Shown: positions 38,811-52,466 of the stretch, piece by piece
Layout of the letters: every line of letters starts with the position of its first letter
Numbering within the stretch: the stretch's first letter is position 1
The notes under the pieces: model-generated
What the model was told of the DNA's origin: nothing
What the model saw: only the letters and a program-made list of their open reading frames with translations
Database searches by the model: none
Made by a program: the position numbers and the translations under genes
Source: Mobula hypostoma
Taxonomy: Eukaryota
Length of the DNA stretch: 64,000 bases
Direction of reading: 5' to 3'
Assembly: GCF_963921235.1 (NCBI RefSeq)
Contig: NC_086118.1
Location: forward strand, 17,734,001 to 17,798,000

Positions 38811-39351
38811 ATCAAGTTTCAATCCAATTTTCCGGTCTGAGCTAAAGATGATAAAACAGAGAAAGCGTAACAGTACAGGGCAGGGAGAAACCCTTTTACC
38901 CTCCATGCCTGTGCTAAACATTAAACCCATCTGCTTGCACAGCGTCTATATTCCTTTTCTGCTTGCTGTGTGTTCAGTCACCTACCATTCTCTGTGTAAA
39001 AAAAAAACTTGCCAAGAAAATCTCCTTTAAATTTTCTCCTATTATTATTAAAATTGTGCCCTCTGGTATTAGAAATTTCCACGTTGGGAAAAATGATTCT
39101 GGCTATCTACCATATCTGTGCCTCTCATAATTTTATGTACTTCTTTCAAGTTGCTCCCTCAGCCTCCAGTGCTCCAGAGAAAACAATTCAGCATTGTCCA
39201 AGTTCCCCCTACAGCTAGTTGTCTTGATGTCAGAAATTATTACTCATACTGTTTGCAAACTATGTTCTAGCACATTGTATAATATTTGACATTCAAGTTT
39301 AAATATTAACCTAGAGCTAACCTTCACTGGATGTTTGACACTTACCTATGC

Positions 39352-39726
39352 TATTCGTTCGTTCATTATGTACCCTGTTGTATGACATGGACAATCATAG
39401 CGTATCCACAACCAAGATTGTTCTTGGTAAATTTTTTCTACAGAATTAGTTTGCCATTGCCTTCTTCTGGACAGTGTCTTTACCTGGACAGGTGACCTCA
39501 AGCATCATCAATACTCTTCAGAGACAGTCTGTTTGGCATCAGTGGTCACATGACCAGGACTTGTGATATGCACCAGACCATCTACCACCTGTCCCTATGG
39601 CTTCATGTGACCCTAAACAGGGGGCTAAGTAGTGCTACACCTTGCCCAGGGTGACCTGAAGGCTAGTGGAGGGAAGGAGAGCCTTACACTTCCTTCGGTA
39701 GAAGTGTATCTGCACCTTGTCACCCC
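39352..39726 (-). mobile_element. Short non-autonomous RTE-derived element (SINE-like)
   Basis: Minus-strand agaagaaggcaatggcaaac motif typical of RTE/BovB-related SINEs; (gaac)n tail. Confidence 0.55.
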
Positions 39727-41409
39727 ACTTTTGCTATTAGCTTTATCAAATAAAAGGAATCCATCTTTCTTTCGGTGGTTTTTTCCCTTTTTTTTCTTTC
39801 TCAGAAATTGTTTCATTCGTGTCATAGTGACACAGTGTTAATTCCATCTATATAGACGTAGGAAAAGGATATATTGGGTGCTACTGAGAACATTGTGTTC
39901 ATGCATTAAAAACATATAGAGGCCTAGCATTAACATCACATAGACTACTCACCCAACTGCTTCACTGCGTACCTCCTACTGCCCTATAGAACTGGAGTAG
40001 AAGCAAGTCCTCATTGGTTCCAACAGAATGTCTAAGAAGATTAAGGAGGGTTGACTCAAACAAAGGAATTGCAACTTATGGAAAGGAGTAGTTCAACATA
40101 TACTTCTAATTATGGATGTGAGTTCCTTCAGTGCACTGTAACTATACCACAGACACTTATTTGGTATTTCTCTTTGGCCTCTTGTCAATCTAAATTCTCT
40201 TCCTCACTCCCTCATTCCCTTCCTTTCTTTCTCCTACACTTCCTCACTTTCTCCCAGTAGACGTTCTCTGAATCCCTCTGATTAATGCTGTTGATGAAGC
40301 AATCAAGTTAAATAGTTATTCTGTGATGGGTTGTAAAACTGCGGCCATTTAAAGTGCTTTCTCTTCTCGGGTCATGTTAACTATTCTGCAGTGTACTGCT
40401 TTCCAACATCTCTTCAATCTGAGACCCAGTCTTTAATGCAAATTCACCATGTATTACTACATGCAGGTAGGATATCATGCACACATAACCAGTATCCCAG
40501 TATCTGACAACATGTGCCATCTAACATAAGCCATCTTTTAATTTCTAGGTGATCTTACGAAAAGGTTAGGGTAAGCCTGGAGAAGTTACTCATCATGTTT
40601 GTCCTAATGTGTCACAGGACAAATTGTCAAATGCTTTAAAATGAAAGGTTGATGATCAGAAACAGAACATTTACAAGAGAATGCTGCTAACTAAGTGTTC
40701 TTATACTTTTCTCCTGTTCATTAGAAAGTATTTATGTGTAAATTCACAAATCTTCCAACCAGCCAGATAGTGATGCTATCCCATAGTCTGATTTATCCAG
40801 CCCCTAGTCTAAAATACCCTTGTTCACACTATCAATATATTTTCAGGTGGATTGAAATAACTTTCTTGATCACACAGCATTTTAATAGCACTTGTCTCTG
40901 GTATGTCTACTTAAACAGTTATGAAAATAACGTGTGTTTGCTTAAATCTGTTGTTCTTGACCTTTGTATTATTCTGAGCACTTTTGACTCATAAAGGCTA
41001 GTATATATTCAGTCCTTGTTAGGTCTGTACATGTAGCTCCTTGCAAGGTTTCTTTGATTCACAAAGCAATGTGTCCTATGTGCATTTATTTACACATGAA
41101 ATGGATGCATCAGATACCAGTTTCAATCTCACATGCATGGATGGGCTATCTCCTTACTGCTTTTCTAAAAGAAATTGAAAATGGTGGGAATTAACTCCAT
41201 GGTCAGTTGCTTTATCAAAACAGTGGCAATGATACTTTGTTTAGATCATAATATTTTGTCTGCATGGCAACATATGACTGCAAGAATTAGAAATAAGAAC
41301 TGTCTATCTAATCCACTGAACCTATTGAGCCATTCGTCAAAATCACAGTTGATCTTCAGCTTCGGCTCTCTTACCCTGTATATTCCCTATTTCCCTTTAT
41401 TGTCTTAAT

Positions 41410-42780
41410 CTCACACAAGAAAGTAGGAGCAGGAATAAACCACCTGGCCCCTTGATCCTGTCCTATCCATCAGCATGATAATGTTTGATCTGCTTTGCAT
41501 CTCGGCTTCTCTTCTGTGCCAAGTCCAGAAGGGGCTCATTTCCCAACTTTTCAAAAGACTACCTGCCTGTTCTTTAAATATCTCCAGTGATCTAAGCTCC
41601 ACAACCCTCTTGGGTAGGGAATTCCAGACTCATCGACCTCCATGAGAAGAAATTCCTGTTACTTTCATTTTAAAAATGGCTGTCCCCTTGTTTAATCTTG
41701 AGATGTTCAAAGTGGTGGAAACACGTACCCTGTCATTTCCCCCTTAATTTCGTATGTGGTGCAAGAAGATAAGCCCCCTCCCCTTCTTTTAAACTCCAAA
41801 GAATACAAGTTATTTTTTTAAGTGGAGGGACAGTCATAAGATATAAGAGCAGAATTAGGCTCTTCACTCTATCAAGTTTGCTCCACCACCCAATCATGGC
41901 TGATTTATTTATTAAACCTATTCTTGCACCTTCTTCCTTTAATCCTTAACCTTAATAATCAAGAAGCTATTAATCTCTACCCCAACTACACCAAATGACT
42001 TGGTCTCCCCAGCCCTCTGTAGCAATGGATTCCAGAAATTCACCACCTTAAGACAGAAGAAGTACCTTCTTATTTCCAATTTGAAGGGAAATTCCTTTAT
42101 TCTGAGGCTGTGCCCTCAGATCCCAGACTCTCCTACCAGTGGAAACATGCTCTAAACATCCACTCTGTCCAGACTTTTCTACCTACCAGTTTTGAAACCA
42201 ATTTGGTGAATTTCTACATATCCTGTATGACAAGTATGTCCTTTTATATAGGTTAACTGCATATCGTACTCCACTAACAATCTCATTGAGGTGTTATGTA
42301 ATTGCAGTTAGATACCTATACTAAGCTATTTATCATCTCATGAGAAAAACCATATTCTCTTTGCCTTCTGAAGTGGTTGTTGCATCTGCTTGCAGGGGTT
42401 TGTCCTAGGAATGACTTAGTGAATCTTTTCTAGACAGCCTCCAATGCTAGTATATAATTTCTTATATAAAGGGACCTAGTGCTCCAGATATGACTTCAAG
42501 TATTACAAAATAACTGTAACAATTTTTATCTACTTCTGGACTCCAGGCCTTTGCAATACAGACCAATATGCCACTTGCCTGCCTAACTGCTGCTGCACTT
42601 CATGTTCCATGAACAAAAATGGTTAGATTTCTTTTACTCCACCCACTTGTGGTCCCTTTTCCATTTAGATAACCGTCTGCTTTTTGATTGCTCCTGCTGA
42701 GTGAATTACCTCAAATTTTCCTACATTAAAGTCCACTTACCAGATTTGACCCAATGATTTTGATTTGATTTGACTCAATG
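41410..42780 (-). mobile_element. Cluster of decayed CR1 LINE 3' fragments
   Basis: Two CR1-type 3' ends (caagaaagtaggagcagga at ~41416; cataagatataagagcagaattaggc at ~41835) plus degraded RT-like sequence. Confidence 0.55.
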
Positions 42781-43461
42781 TACTGATATTTGTTGGAGAA
42801 TCCAAGTATTATCATCACAGCCTGCTCTCTCAGTGAAATCGATTTTGAATGAGCTCAACAACTAAGACACTCTATTGGTGAGTGAATTCTTAAGATACAC
42901 CAACCTCTGAGTGAAAAGCAAAATCACACCGTTCAGTATTTAATAGTAAATCTGTTATTATGAAACTAGATCTAGGCTAGTCAGCTTGTGACATTGCATA
43001 CAAGAACACCTATATTCATTTGAAAATCATTTCCTTTCCAATTTCACCATTAAAAAAAATCTGATTTTCTGTTTTGCATGTTCTGTCTCATTTCATTTAG
43101 CATATTTGTATTCCCTTGACATATCTTTGCATTCTTTGCTGTACTAGTAAAATTAAGAATATGATATTTAATCCCTTTCGTCAAATGCATCATAGCTCTC
43201 TGACCTTATCAGTTAAAGTCTGCCTATTTGAGAAAGATGTATTAACTTCCAGTTTCTGGTTTCTATCATCATTTAAATCAGAAGAATCAGAATCAGTTTT
43301 ATTATCACCGTCTTGTATGATGTGAAATGAGTTGTTTTACAGTAGCAGTACAGTACAAAAACTTAAAATTACTATAAATTACAAAATTTAAAAAAATGTA
43401 CAAAAAAGGAACTGTTCATGGACCATTCAGAAAATGGCTGGCAGAGGGAAGAATCTGTTTC

Positions 43462-45871
43462 TGATTAGTTGAGTGTGGATCTTCAGGCACCTGTACCACC
43501 TCCTCAATGGTAATAACTGTTGTTACAGACAGTGAGGGTCCTTAATGATAGATGCCTTCTTGAGGTATTGCCATTTGAAGATGTTTTCAACAATGTTGAA
43601 GATTGTACCCATGATGTTGAGCCTGGGAGCCTCCATACCATGATATAATGTAACTAGTTAGATCGCTCTTCACTGTACCACTCTCTCTGGTTTCCCTTTA
43701 TTTATTCCATTAGCTATATTCTCAAAGAAGATCAAGAGATTAATCAAATATTCACTGTTATTCACTGTAGATTGCAACAGATGTTCAGCTATTAAGTGAG
43801 TAATTTCCTATTTTCTCTTTCCTTTCTTGCTTAAACATTGGAGTCTTATTAGTCACACTCTGATCTGCAGGAACCCTTCCAGAGTCTAGAAGGAACCTGA
43901 TGGCAAATTTGTTGAAAGACTGGAGTTGTAATTGGATCATTCTGTACCTGATTTCATTGTTGCTGGCTGACATTTACTTCTGATCAACATTTTACTTGGT
44001 TACAGGGTGAGATATTTAGGAACACTGAGGACAAAATGTTCTTCCACACCAAAAACTAATTTGACCATCAAAGGATTAAAATTAAATTCTTAAAGTAGAA
44101 TCCTCATTGGAATATTTGTTAAAAAAATTCTCTTAAATGCCACCTCTCAAAAAAGGATACACATTTACTTTTGCACCAAGGTATCCCGCAGATTTTAAAA
44201 GTCAATTTGGCTGAATCATTACTTATGGAACAGGTACATTTTCATTTATTGCTGTTTGAAGAGATTGAGCCAGCAGGAGACCTTTTGAAACAGATTTGAC
44301 CAGGAAAGAATGAATGACATTCGTGATGCTGCAGTGACTCCTTTATGGGATATTGTGTTCGTTTATCATTACCATTTGCTGCCAGAGGTCCGTGACTCTT
44401 CAAGTCTAGATTTGTTGTTTTAGAGGCAACCATCACTGTAATTATGGCAACTTACATTCAAGCGATAAATAAGCCTTGTTAATTTATTTTGTTCTCAAGA
44501 ATAGGTGTGCATTCCTTTTCCTATCATTAACTAAAGAAAGCTCTAATATCTACTGCACATTCACAATGAATGATTTATGAGGGGTGATTGATAAGTTCGT
44601 GGCCTAAGGTAGAAGGAGTCAATTTTACAAAACCTAGCATATTTATTTTCAACACAGTTCCCTCCTACATGTACACACTTAGTCCAGCGGCCGTGGAGCA
44701 TACGGATCCCTTCTTTGTAGAAGTAGTCCACAGCAGGGGTGATTGATAAGTTCGTGGCCTTGGGTAGAAGGAGATGAGTTATACAGCTCTCGTTACAAGG
44801 ATTATTTATAGCTTGAATGCAAGTTGCCATAATTACAGTGATGGTTGCTTCTAAAACAACAAATCTAGACTTGAAGAGTCACGGACCTCTGGCAGCAAAT
44901 GGTAATGATAAACGAACACAATATCCCATAAAGGAGTCACTGCAGCATCACGAATGTCATTCATTCTTTCCTGGTCAAATCTGTTTCAAAAGGTCTCCTG
45001 CTGGCTCATTCTCTTCAAACAGCAATAAATGAAAATGTACCTGTTCCATAAGCAATGATTCAGCCAAATTGACTTTTAAAATCTGCGGGATACCTTGGTG
45101 CAAAAGTAAACGTGTATCCTTTTTTGAGAGGTGGCATTTAAGAGAATTTTTTAACAAGTATTCCAATGAGGTTTCTACTTTAAGAATTTAATTTTAATCC
45201 TTTGATGGTCAAATTAGTTTTTGGTGTGGAACAACATTTTGTCCTCAATGTTCCTAAATATCTCACCCTGTATCCAAGTAAAATGTTGATCAGAAGTAAA
45301 TGCCAGCCAGCAACAATGTAAAACCGGCTACAGAATGATCCAATTACAACTCCAGTCTTTCAACAAAATTGTCATCAGGTTGCTTCTAGATTCTGGAAGG
45401 GTTCCTGCAGATCAGAGTGTGACTAATAAGACTCCAATGTTTAAGCAAGAGGGGAAAGAGAAAATAGGAAATTACTGACTTAATAGCCGAACATCTGTTG
45501 TAATCTACAGTGAATAATAGAACACATAAATAAAGATCAGTGTTTGATTAATCTCTTGATCTTCCTTGAGAATATAGCTAATGGAATAAATAAAGGGAAA
45601 CCAGAGACAGTGGTACAGTGAAGAGCGATCTAACTAGTTACATTACATCATGGTATGGAGGCTCCCAGGCTCAGGACCTCAAGAGGCTGCAGAGGGTTTG
45701 TAGATACAGCTAGCATTATCATGGGTACAATCTTCCCCATTGCTGAAAACATCTTCAAAAGGCGATGCCTCAAGAAGGCATCTATCATTAAGGACCCTCA
45801 CCGTCTGCAACAACAGTTATTACCATTGAGGAGGTGGTACAGGAGCCTGAAGATCCACACTCAACTAATCA
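43462..45871. repeat. Long inverted duplication: arms 43462-44479 and 44795-45871, 315-bp spacer
   Basis: Direct reverse-complement comparison; mirrored ORFs 44242-44436(-) and 44817-45032(+); roughly 95% identical by eye, with a few indels. Confidence 0.95.
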
Positions 45872-46027
45872 CTTCTGGAGGTCCAAGACGCCGACTTCTA
45901 CAAAGAAGGGATCCGTATGCTTCACGACCGCTGGACTAAGTGTGTAAATGTAGGAAAAATAAATGTGCTAGGTTTTCTAAAATTGACTCCTTCTACCTTA
46001 GGCCATGAACTTATCAATTACCCCTCG
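44578..46027. mobile_element. Mariner MITE (same family as 20415-21016) carrying 1.07 kb of captured flank
   Basis: TA|TGAGGGGTGATTGATAAG left TIR; right TIR ...CTTATCAATTACCCCTCG; transposase C-terminal codons in both arms (FYKEGIRMLHGRWTKCVHVGGNCVENK). Confidence 0.88.
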
Positions 46028-46249
46028 CAAAAACTGACAAAAAAAATGTCTTGTATTATCCTGCTAATACTGGTGGAAGAGATACTCTCTCATTATATTC
46101 TGAACTTTTGAAATAGGGATATTCCACTTAAAACCTGTGTGAGAGATGTGTGGGTTTCTACAATCCATGGCAATCTCTGCCTTAATTTTATATTTAATGC
46201 CTTCCAGTTCAGTTTTTGCTCCTGATTTAACCCTGAAGTAGGCTTTAGT

Positions 46250-46860
46250 GTCATAGAGTTATAAGCAAGGAAACAGGCCCCTTGGCTCAACTCATCCAAA
46301 ATGTCTAAGCAAGTTGGTCGTATTTGCCTGCATTTGGCCCATCTCTCTTTTAGGTCTTTTCTATCCATGTACCTCTCTAAATGTCTTAGAACTTTTTAAT
46401 TGTACCTGTCTCTACCACTTCCTCTAGCAACTCGTTCCACATATGCACCACTTACTCTGTGAAGAAGTTTCTCCTCATATCCCTTTAAAATTTTTCCCCA
46501 TCACCATAAATCTCTGTCATTTAGTGTTAGACTTCACTCCTGGGAAAAAGACTGCAACCATCCTCCATATCTATGCCCATCATGACTTTGCATACTTCAG
46601 CTCTTAGCCTCCTACACCTACGTACGTTATAATTCAAACCCTGCTGTCCTTGTAACGAACTTGGGAATCTTTCCTACACCCATTTCAGTATAATGACATA
46701 CTTTCATTGGCCACAGCTGTGCACAATACTCCAAGAATGGTCACATCAGCAACTTGTATAGTTGCAACATGATGTCCTAGTTGCTGTACTCAGTGCCCTG
46801 GCAAATGGAAGCAACCATGCCAGACACCATCTTCACCTCCATGTCTACCTGTGTCACCAC
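46250..46860 (-). mobile_element. Decayed CR1 LINE 3' fragment
   Basis: ggaaacaggcccc..., accacttcctctagcaactcgttcca, gcacaatactccaag motifs. Confidence 0.6.
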
Positions 46861-47339
46861 ATTAACTAGGTCACAAACAATAAACTTAAACTCTCTGTGC
46901 AATTGTTCTTCTTACTTTCTTGCTTTGTCATTCCTTGAAATTATTAATATTTTGGCCATACATATCTAGCTTCTATGTAGAACAAAATGGAAAGTGTTAG
47001 AAATGCTCACCAGGTCAGACAAAGAATTCTCATCTTGGGTCAAGTTAATTTATGAAGGATGACTCCATTAAATGAAAAGGCTGGTGATGGAGAACTATCT
47101 CCTTGTTTTGTCTGTGAGAAGCAATGTGGGAAATAGCTAAAATGTGGACGAGGGTACTTTCAAATCTGGTGGAGGGTAAAGTACTATTTAAATGGAAGCT
47201 TTGGATTATCTTTCTTAATTCCTGCACCTTCAATGAGAGTCCATCGCCCGATACATTTTCCTTTCCACTCCCCTTTCAGTATTTTGAGTGGATCATTTCT
47301 TTCACGACTCTTTGGTCTGCTTTTCTGTCCTAGTGTACT

Positions 47340-48190
47340 TTCCCATGGAACTGCGGGAGATGCAGTGCCAGTGCCTGTCGTTTTACCTCCTTCTCTTCCC
47401 ACCATTCTGGAACACAACAATCCTGTCAAGTGATGCACAGATTCACTTGCACTTCTTCTGGACTGCATTCGGTATTCTCAATGTGATATCCTTTACATTG
47501 CATTGGTGAGATCCCACACAGATCGGGTGACCACTTTGTGGAGCGGTTGCACTTATTCCACAGAGCTACCTTCAATGTCATTTTGCCTGCCACTTTAATT
47601 CTCCAGTCCTACTCTCATGCTGATTTATTTGTGCATGTGTCTCTCACACAGTTACAATGAGTTCCAGTGTGAACTTGAGGGAGAGCATTCCATCTCCCAT
47701 TTGATGTGTTTCAGCCTTGCATGCCCAATATCATATTCTACTAATTTAAGTAACTTGCTTTCTCTGTCTCACTAGGAATTAGATATTTCTGCTCTGAGTC
47801 ATCTATTTCTGATGTGAAGTCGGTTTGGTGTTCTACAGCCTGATCTAATATTTTTGCTTCACAGCCCTGTAATTTGCAACATTTATGTTGGTTTGTTTGT
47901 CCCCTCACTCTGTCTTTCTGTCTACTGTCCCCATTAACTTAGTTTCCAACTTATCTTCATAGCAACCCTGTTCTCATCCCCTTATAGATACTTCCTCTGT
48001 CCTGTCCATCCCTCACCATCCTTCCTGCAAATTAAAACTGACATGTTTTCTCTCTTTTGACAAAGTGGGAAAGAGAGAAAACGTATCAGTTTTCTGAACT
48101 TAACTCTGTTTCCCTTCCCACAATATTGCCTAACCTGCTGAATATTTCCATTACCTGCTGATTTTATTTTGTATTTCCAACATATGCAGA
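47340..48190 (+). mobile_element. Old Penelope-like element remnant
   Basis: attggtgag...gggtgaccactttgtggag (IGE..RLGDHFVE-like GIY-YIG remnant); 3' gcctaacctgctgaatatttcca motif. Confidence 0.5.
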
Positions 48191-48521
48191 GTTTTTGAAA
48201 ATTAACATCTTTATGGTTTGCTGACAAACATTCCTAAGAATGTTATCATGCATTATGTTGCATTACTGTAAGTAAGTGATATTAAAATGTGCACACAGTC
48301 ATGGTGGCATCAGGCTCTCTGCCTTTGTTTCCTCATTGTTTTTCTATATTTACTCACTCAAGACTTTGTAGTTTTTTTTCCATTTTGTGAACCTTTATTT
48401 GTGGTCAATTCTGGTTTATAGGAGCATGACAAGGTTCACCTTACAGAAGGAATCAGTGACCAGTTTAGCATAGTTCCTAGCCTGCTGAACTCCAGTTCAG
48501 CGTTGCAGAGAGTAGGTCAAG

Positions 48522-48870
48522 TAGGCATAGTGGTGTAGCCAGTAGAGCTAACACAAAGCATTAGAGACTTTTAAGTTAAGACCTTGGATGCTGTCTATAA
48601 GGAATTTGCATGGTCTCCTTGTGAGCATATGCATTTTCTCTGGATGCTCCATTTTCCTTCCACATCCCAAGGATGTACAAGTTGGATGGTTAATTAGCCA
48701 CTCTAAACTACCCCTGGGTAAGTGGTAAAGTCTGGGGGGGCGGAATTGATGAGAATGTGGGAACAATTAAAAAATATATTGTAGATTGGGGTAATTGGAT
48801 GGTTGATAGCATGGACATTGGGCTGAAGAGCCTCCTTCTGTGTTGTAATGCTCTATAACTATGTGACTCT
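48522..48870 (+). mobile_element. V-SINE (HE1-like)
   Basis: tRNA A-box-like tggtgtagc head, V-domain ggaatttgcatggtctcc...ttccacatcccaaggatgt, CR1-like tail. Confidence 0.7.
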
Positions 48871-50419
48871 TCATGCCTTCACTTGCAGTGAAGCAAATTG
48901 AATTACTGCTTCCTCCAAGATCTTTGGTTTGAATTGTTCATTTAATATTCTTACCATGAACATATAATTGAAATATACTTTCACATAATTGTGAGAATAT
49001 TTTGCCTTGCATGGGTAAACTAATGTGCTAAATTGTGCCTTGCAGAATTATTACAAGGAACACACATTAGCTCTGCTGAAATTAGACCAATTGCTGCATT
49101 CTCTGTTACTTGTTCCTTCCTATATATTATGGAAGTATTTAATACAGCCACTTCCCTGTTCATTGACATACTAGTTGCCTCGGTATTGACAGAAGTTCAT
49201 TTCTTTTTCAGGAGAATTGTATTTCATTGGAACCTATGATTTACAAGGCTGTTTTAATCTGTAAGACCATATGACTTTGCCTGGTGGAATGGATTAAAAG
49301 CAGTGAAAGGGACATTGAATTGGGAAGCTGATTTCAGTTTACCGTATCTCACATTTAGCTGCAGTTGGCTTGGCTTGTGAGTGCAAGCCCTGCATAAAAG
49401 ACAGGTTGTCAACTTCAATATACTAATCAATTAGAGCTCTGTTTAAGTATGAATCTGCTAAAACTCCAAGCTATTCTAGAGCTGCAGTAAAGAGTGTACA
49501 AAGCAGCAAGTGCGGAGGAAGCTGGAATTGTTTCAGACACAGATGCTAATAAATGCACAGGCTTTGCAAGTAGATTCTTCACAAACTTGGAGAAGTTTTT
49601 CCAATATATTGGTTGAGATGACCTTGGTCAATTTAGAGGTTACTTTCTATACTTGAGCTTGCTTTATTTTGTGAAAGTGTTTGTATGTTGCGTTGTCTTC
49701 TATTAATGTGAAGGTAAAGACCAAGGTGACCAACAACAGCACCAGCAGATGCATTCATTTTTATTATTGAAGTGCTGTTCAAAGGACCTTCACAGGAAAT
49801 GGAGTATACACATAGGAAACACCAACTTCAAGGGCCTCTGGATGCAGGGCACCCAGAGCAGACAAGCAGGGAATTTCTTCCTGCTAAACCAAAGTCACCA
49901 CTACCCTCAGCCACATGACCAACCTCCTCTAAATCTTACGTGTCAGGGCTGGAACTTGGGTCGATGTTTACTCAGTAAATGAGTGAGTGGGTTTGTGGTT
50001 CTGGCTGACCTGCCACAGACACAGGGTGCTTTTTATGGTGCACACTTGGTGATCTGGGCATTCTGAGAGCAACCTGGATAATTCATAGCCTCAAATGTTA
50101 ACACTGCACCAATGTACAGCTGGTGCACAGCCACCGAAATGTGTACATGCAGGAGCAAATAACATTCCAGGCAGCTGTTCTGAGGCTATTTAGCTCTTTT
50201 GTACCTGTCTTAAGGAATAACTGCTCACCAGCAATCAATACCCACCATGAACTTGGCTTGTGGGATCGCTGAAAAATCATTGGTACAACGGGTACAGCAT
50301 ATTGCATTTTTTGGACTTCAGCATCTCAGAAAGTTGTGCTTGATCATTTATGTAGATCACTTGAGATTGACGGTCTTTTGCCTACTAGGGATCATAAAAT
50401 GAGATTCAGAAAGCAAAGT

Positions 50420-51530
50420 GGGTCTGAGGCAATGGGTCGGCCATCATTTTTGTAATTGATGTTGCAGGCTCGAGAGTCTTTTCCCCAGGGCTAAAGGGCA
50501 CAGATAAGAGGGGAGAGATTTAAGAGACCCGAGAGGTAACTTCTTTGCAAAGAAGTTGGAGAGTAACTGGAATGAGCTGCCAGGGAAAGTGGTAAGGTGG
50601 GTACATTTGCAACATTTAAAAGGCATTTGGATAGGTATATGGAGGCGAAGGGCTTGGAGTATTATGGTATGAACGAGGGCACCTTGGATGAGCAGGGAGG
50701 ATGCATTTGGGCTGAAGGGCCGGTTCAGTAGATCAGAAGTTCCAATTAATATCAGAGAAATGTATGCAATATACATCTTGAAATTCTTGTTCTTTGCAGA
50801 CATCCATGAAAACAGAAGAGTGCCCCAAAGACTGAGTGTCAGTTAAAATGCTATATTTCCACCTCCTCCCTGCACAGGGATCAGCAAGGTAACGACCCTC
50901 CCCCACTTATTTAAACAAAAAAGCATCAGCACCCTCCACCTGCTCAACATGCAATAGGAAGGCTCCCAATAAAGACCATGATCTGCATTACAACAAAAAC
51001 TAATCATTCACCTGATAATTCGACATGCCACAGGCTCTCTCTCTCATTAATAAATAGAAAAAGAGGTGTCTCTTTTCACAGCGAGAGGAGAGACATAAAA
51101 CAATTTGCTGATCTATGGTGTTAAAAGCTTGTCGCGCTGCTTTTCTCCCCCGAGTGCTCTGCCTGGAGAATCGACAGCAATCTCTCACTCTCCAATGTGA
51201 GCGAGAGGGAGCACAGATTGCTGTGTACAGAGCCTCTGACAGCTGATCCACAGTTCCCGATGTTCCGATCTCTCCCGTGACGCTTCAGTCAGCGGCACCG
51301 GCTTAGAATCAGCCTGTCCACAGGACTGTGAACCCCAAAGGCCATGTTCTTGGGATATCGAAAAGTGGCCGGACGTGAGCCCCCAGGAGTGGCTTCAACC
51401 ACTGCAAAGAACCGAAGTCTTGAGTAAAACTCCAGGTCAGGGTCTTTGACAGAATCCCATCCATCCTGAAAAGGAGAGGCTTTCTTGCGACTATGCTCCA
51501 CGTAGATGTTCTCAATTGTGGTGCGGGCTT
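50420..51530. mobile_element. CR1 3' remnant (+) followed by a Rex-like LINE 3' UTR (-)
   Basis: tggaatgagctgccagggaaagtggt motif; then aatatcagagaaatgtatgcaatatacatc antisense 3' end. Confidence 0.5.
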
Positions 51531-51613
51531 TATCCATGCCTTTTCTGTGCCTTTTCCATGCTGTATTACTCTATGGCTCTTTGGCCACAGTAAGCTTCTC
51601 TTGTTTTCATAGT

Positions 51614-52466
51614 CATAGTCATAGTCATACTTCATTGATCCTGGGGGAAATTGTTTTTCGTTACAGTTGGACCATAAATAATAAATAGTAATAGAACCAT
51701 AAATAGTTGAATAGTAATTTGTAAATTATGCCAGTAAATTATGAAATAAGTCCAGGACCAGCCTATCGGCTCAGGGTGTCTGACCCTCCAAGAGAGGAGT
51801 TGTAAAGTTTGATGGCCACAGGCAGGAATGACTTCCTATGATGCTCAGTGCTGCATCTCGGAGGAATGAGTCTCTGGCTGAATGTACTCCTGTACCCACC
51901 CAGTACATTATGTAGTGGATGAGAGACATTAACCAAGATGGCACGCAACTTGGACAGCATCCTCTTTTAAGACACCACCGTGAGAGAGTCCAGTTCCATC
52001 CCCACAACATCGCTGGCCTTACGAATGAGTTTGTTGATTCTGTTGGTGTCTGCTACCCTCAGCCTGCTGCCCCAGCACACAACAGCAAACATGATTGCAC
52101 TGGCCACCACAGACTCGTAGAACATCTTCAGCATCGTCCGGCAGATGTTCAAGGACCTCAGTCTCCTCAGGAAATAGAGACAGCTCTGACCGTTCTTGTA
52201 GACAGCCTCAGTGTTCTTAGACCAGTCCAGTTTATTGTCAATTCGTATCCCCAGGTATTTGTAATCCTCCACCATGTCCACACTGACCCCCTGGATGGAA
52301 ACAGGGGTCACCGGTACCTTAGCTCTCCTCAGGTCTACCACCAGCTCCTTAGGCTTTTTCACATTAAGCTGCAGATAATTCTGCTCACACCATGTGACAA
52401 AGTTTCCTACCGTAGACCTGTGCTCAGCCTCATCTCCCTTGCTGATGCATCCAACTATGGCAGAGA
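51614..52466 (-). mobile_element. Young Rex1/Babar-like LINE 3' fragment
   Basis: WCEQNYLQLNVKKPKELVVDLRR, YKYLGI, FYESVVASA; (atagtc)n tail; ATAGT at both flanks (51609-51613, 52467-52471). Confidence 0.88.

Noticed and set aside
39600..39726. Second HDV-like ribozyme in the RTE-derived SINE (GGGGUGA/UCACCCU pairing followed by GG)
   Set aside because: I could not find a convincing P2, J4/2 or L3 G in this copy; only worth testing on the family consensus.
44242..45032. Two near-identical short ORFs on opposite strands as a duplicated small gene
   Set aside because: They are a by-product of the inverted duplication; no recognisable domain or splice context.
50100..50200. Muscle-enhancer-like cluster (two CAGCTG E-boxes and CATTCC)
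   Set aside because: Short motifs expected by chance in 64 kb; no conservation or chromatin evidence available.
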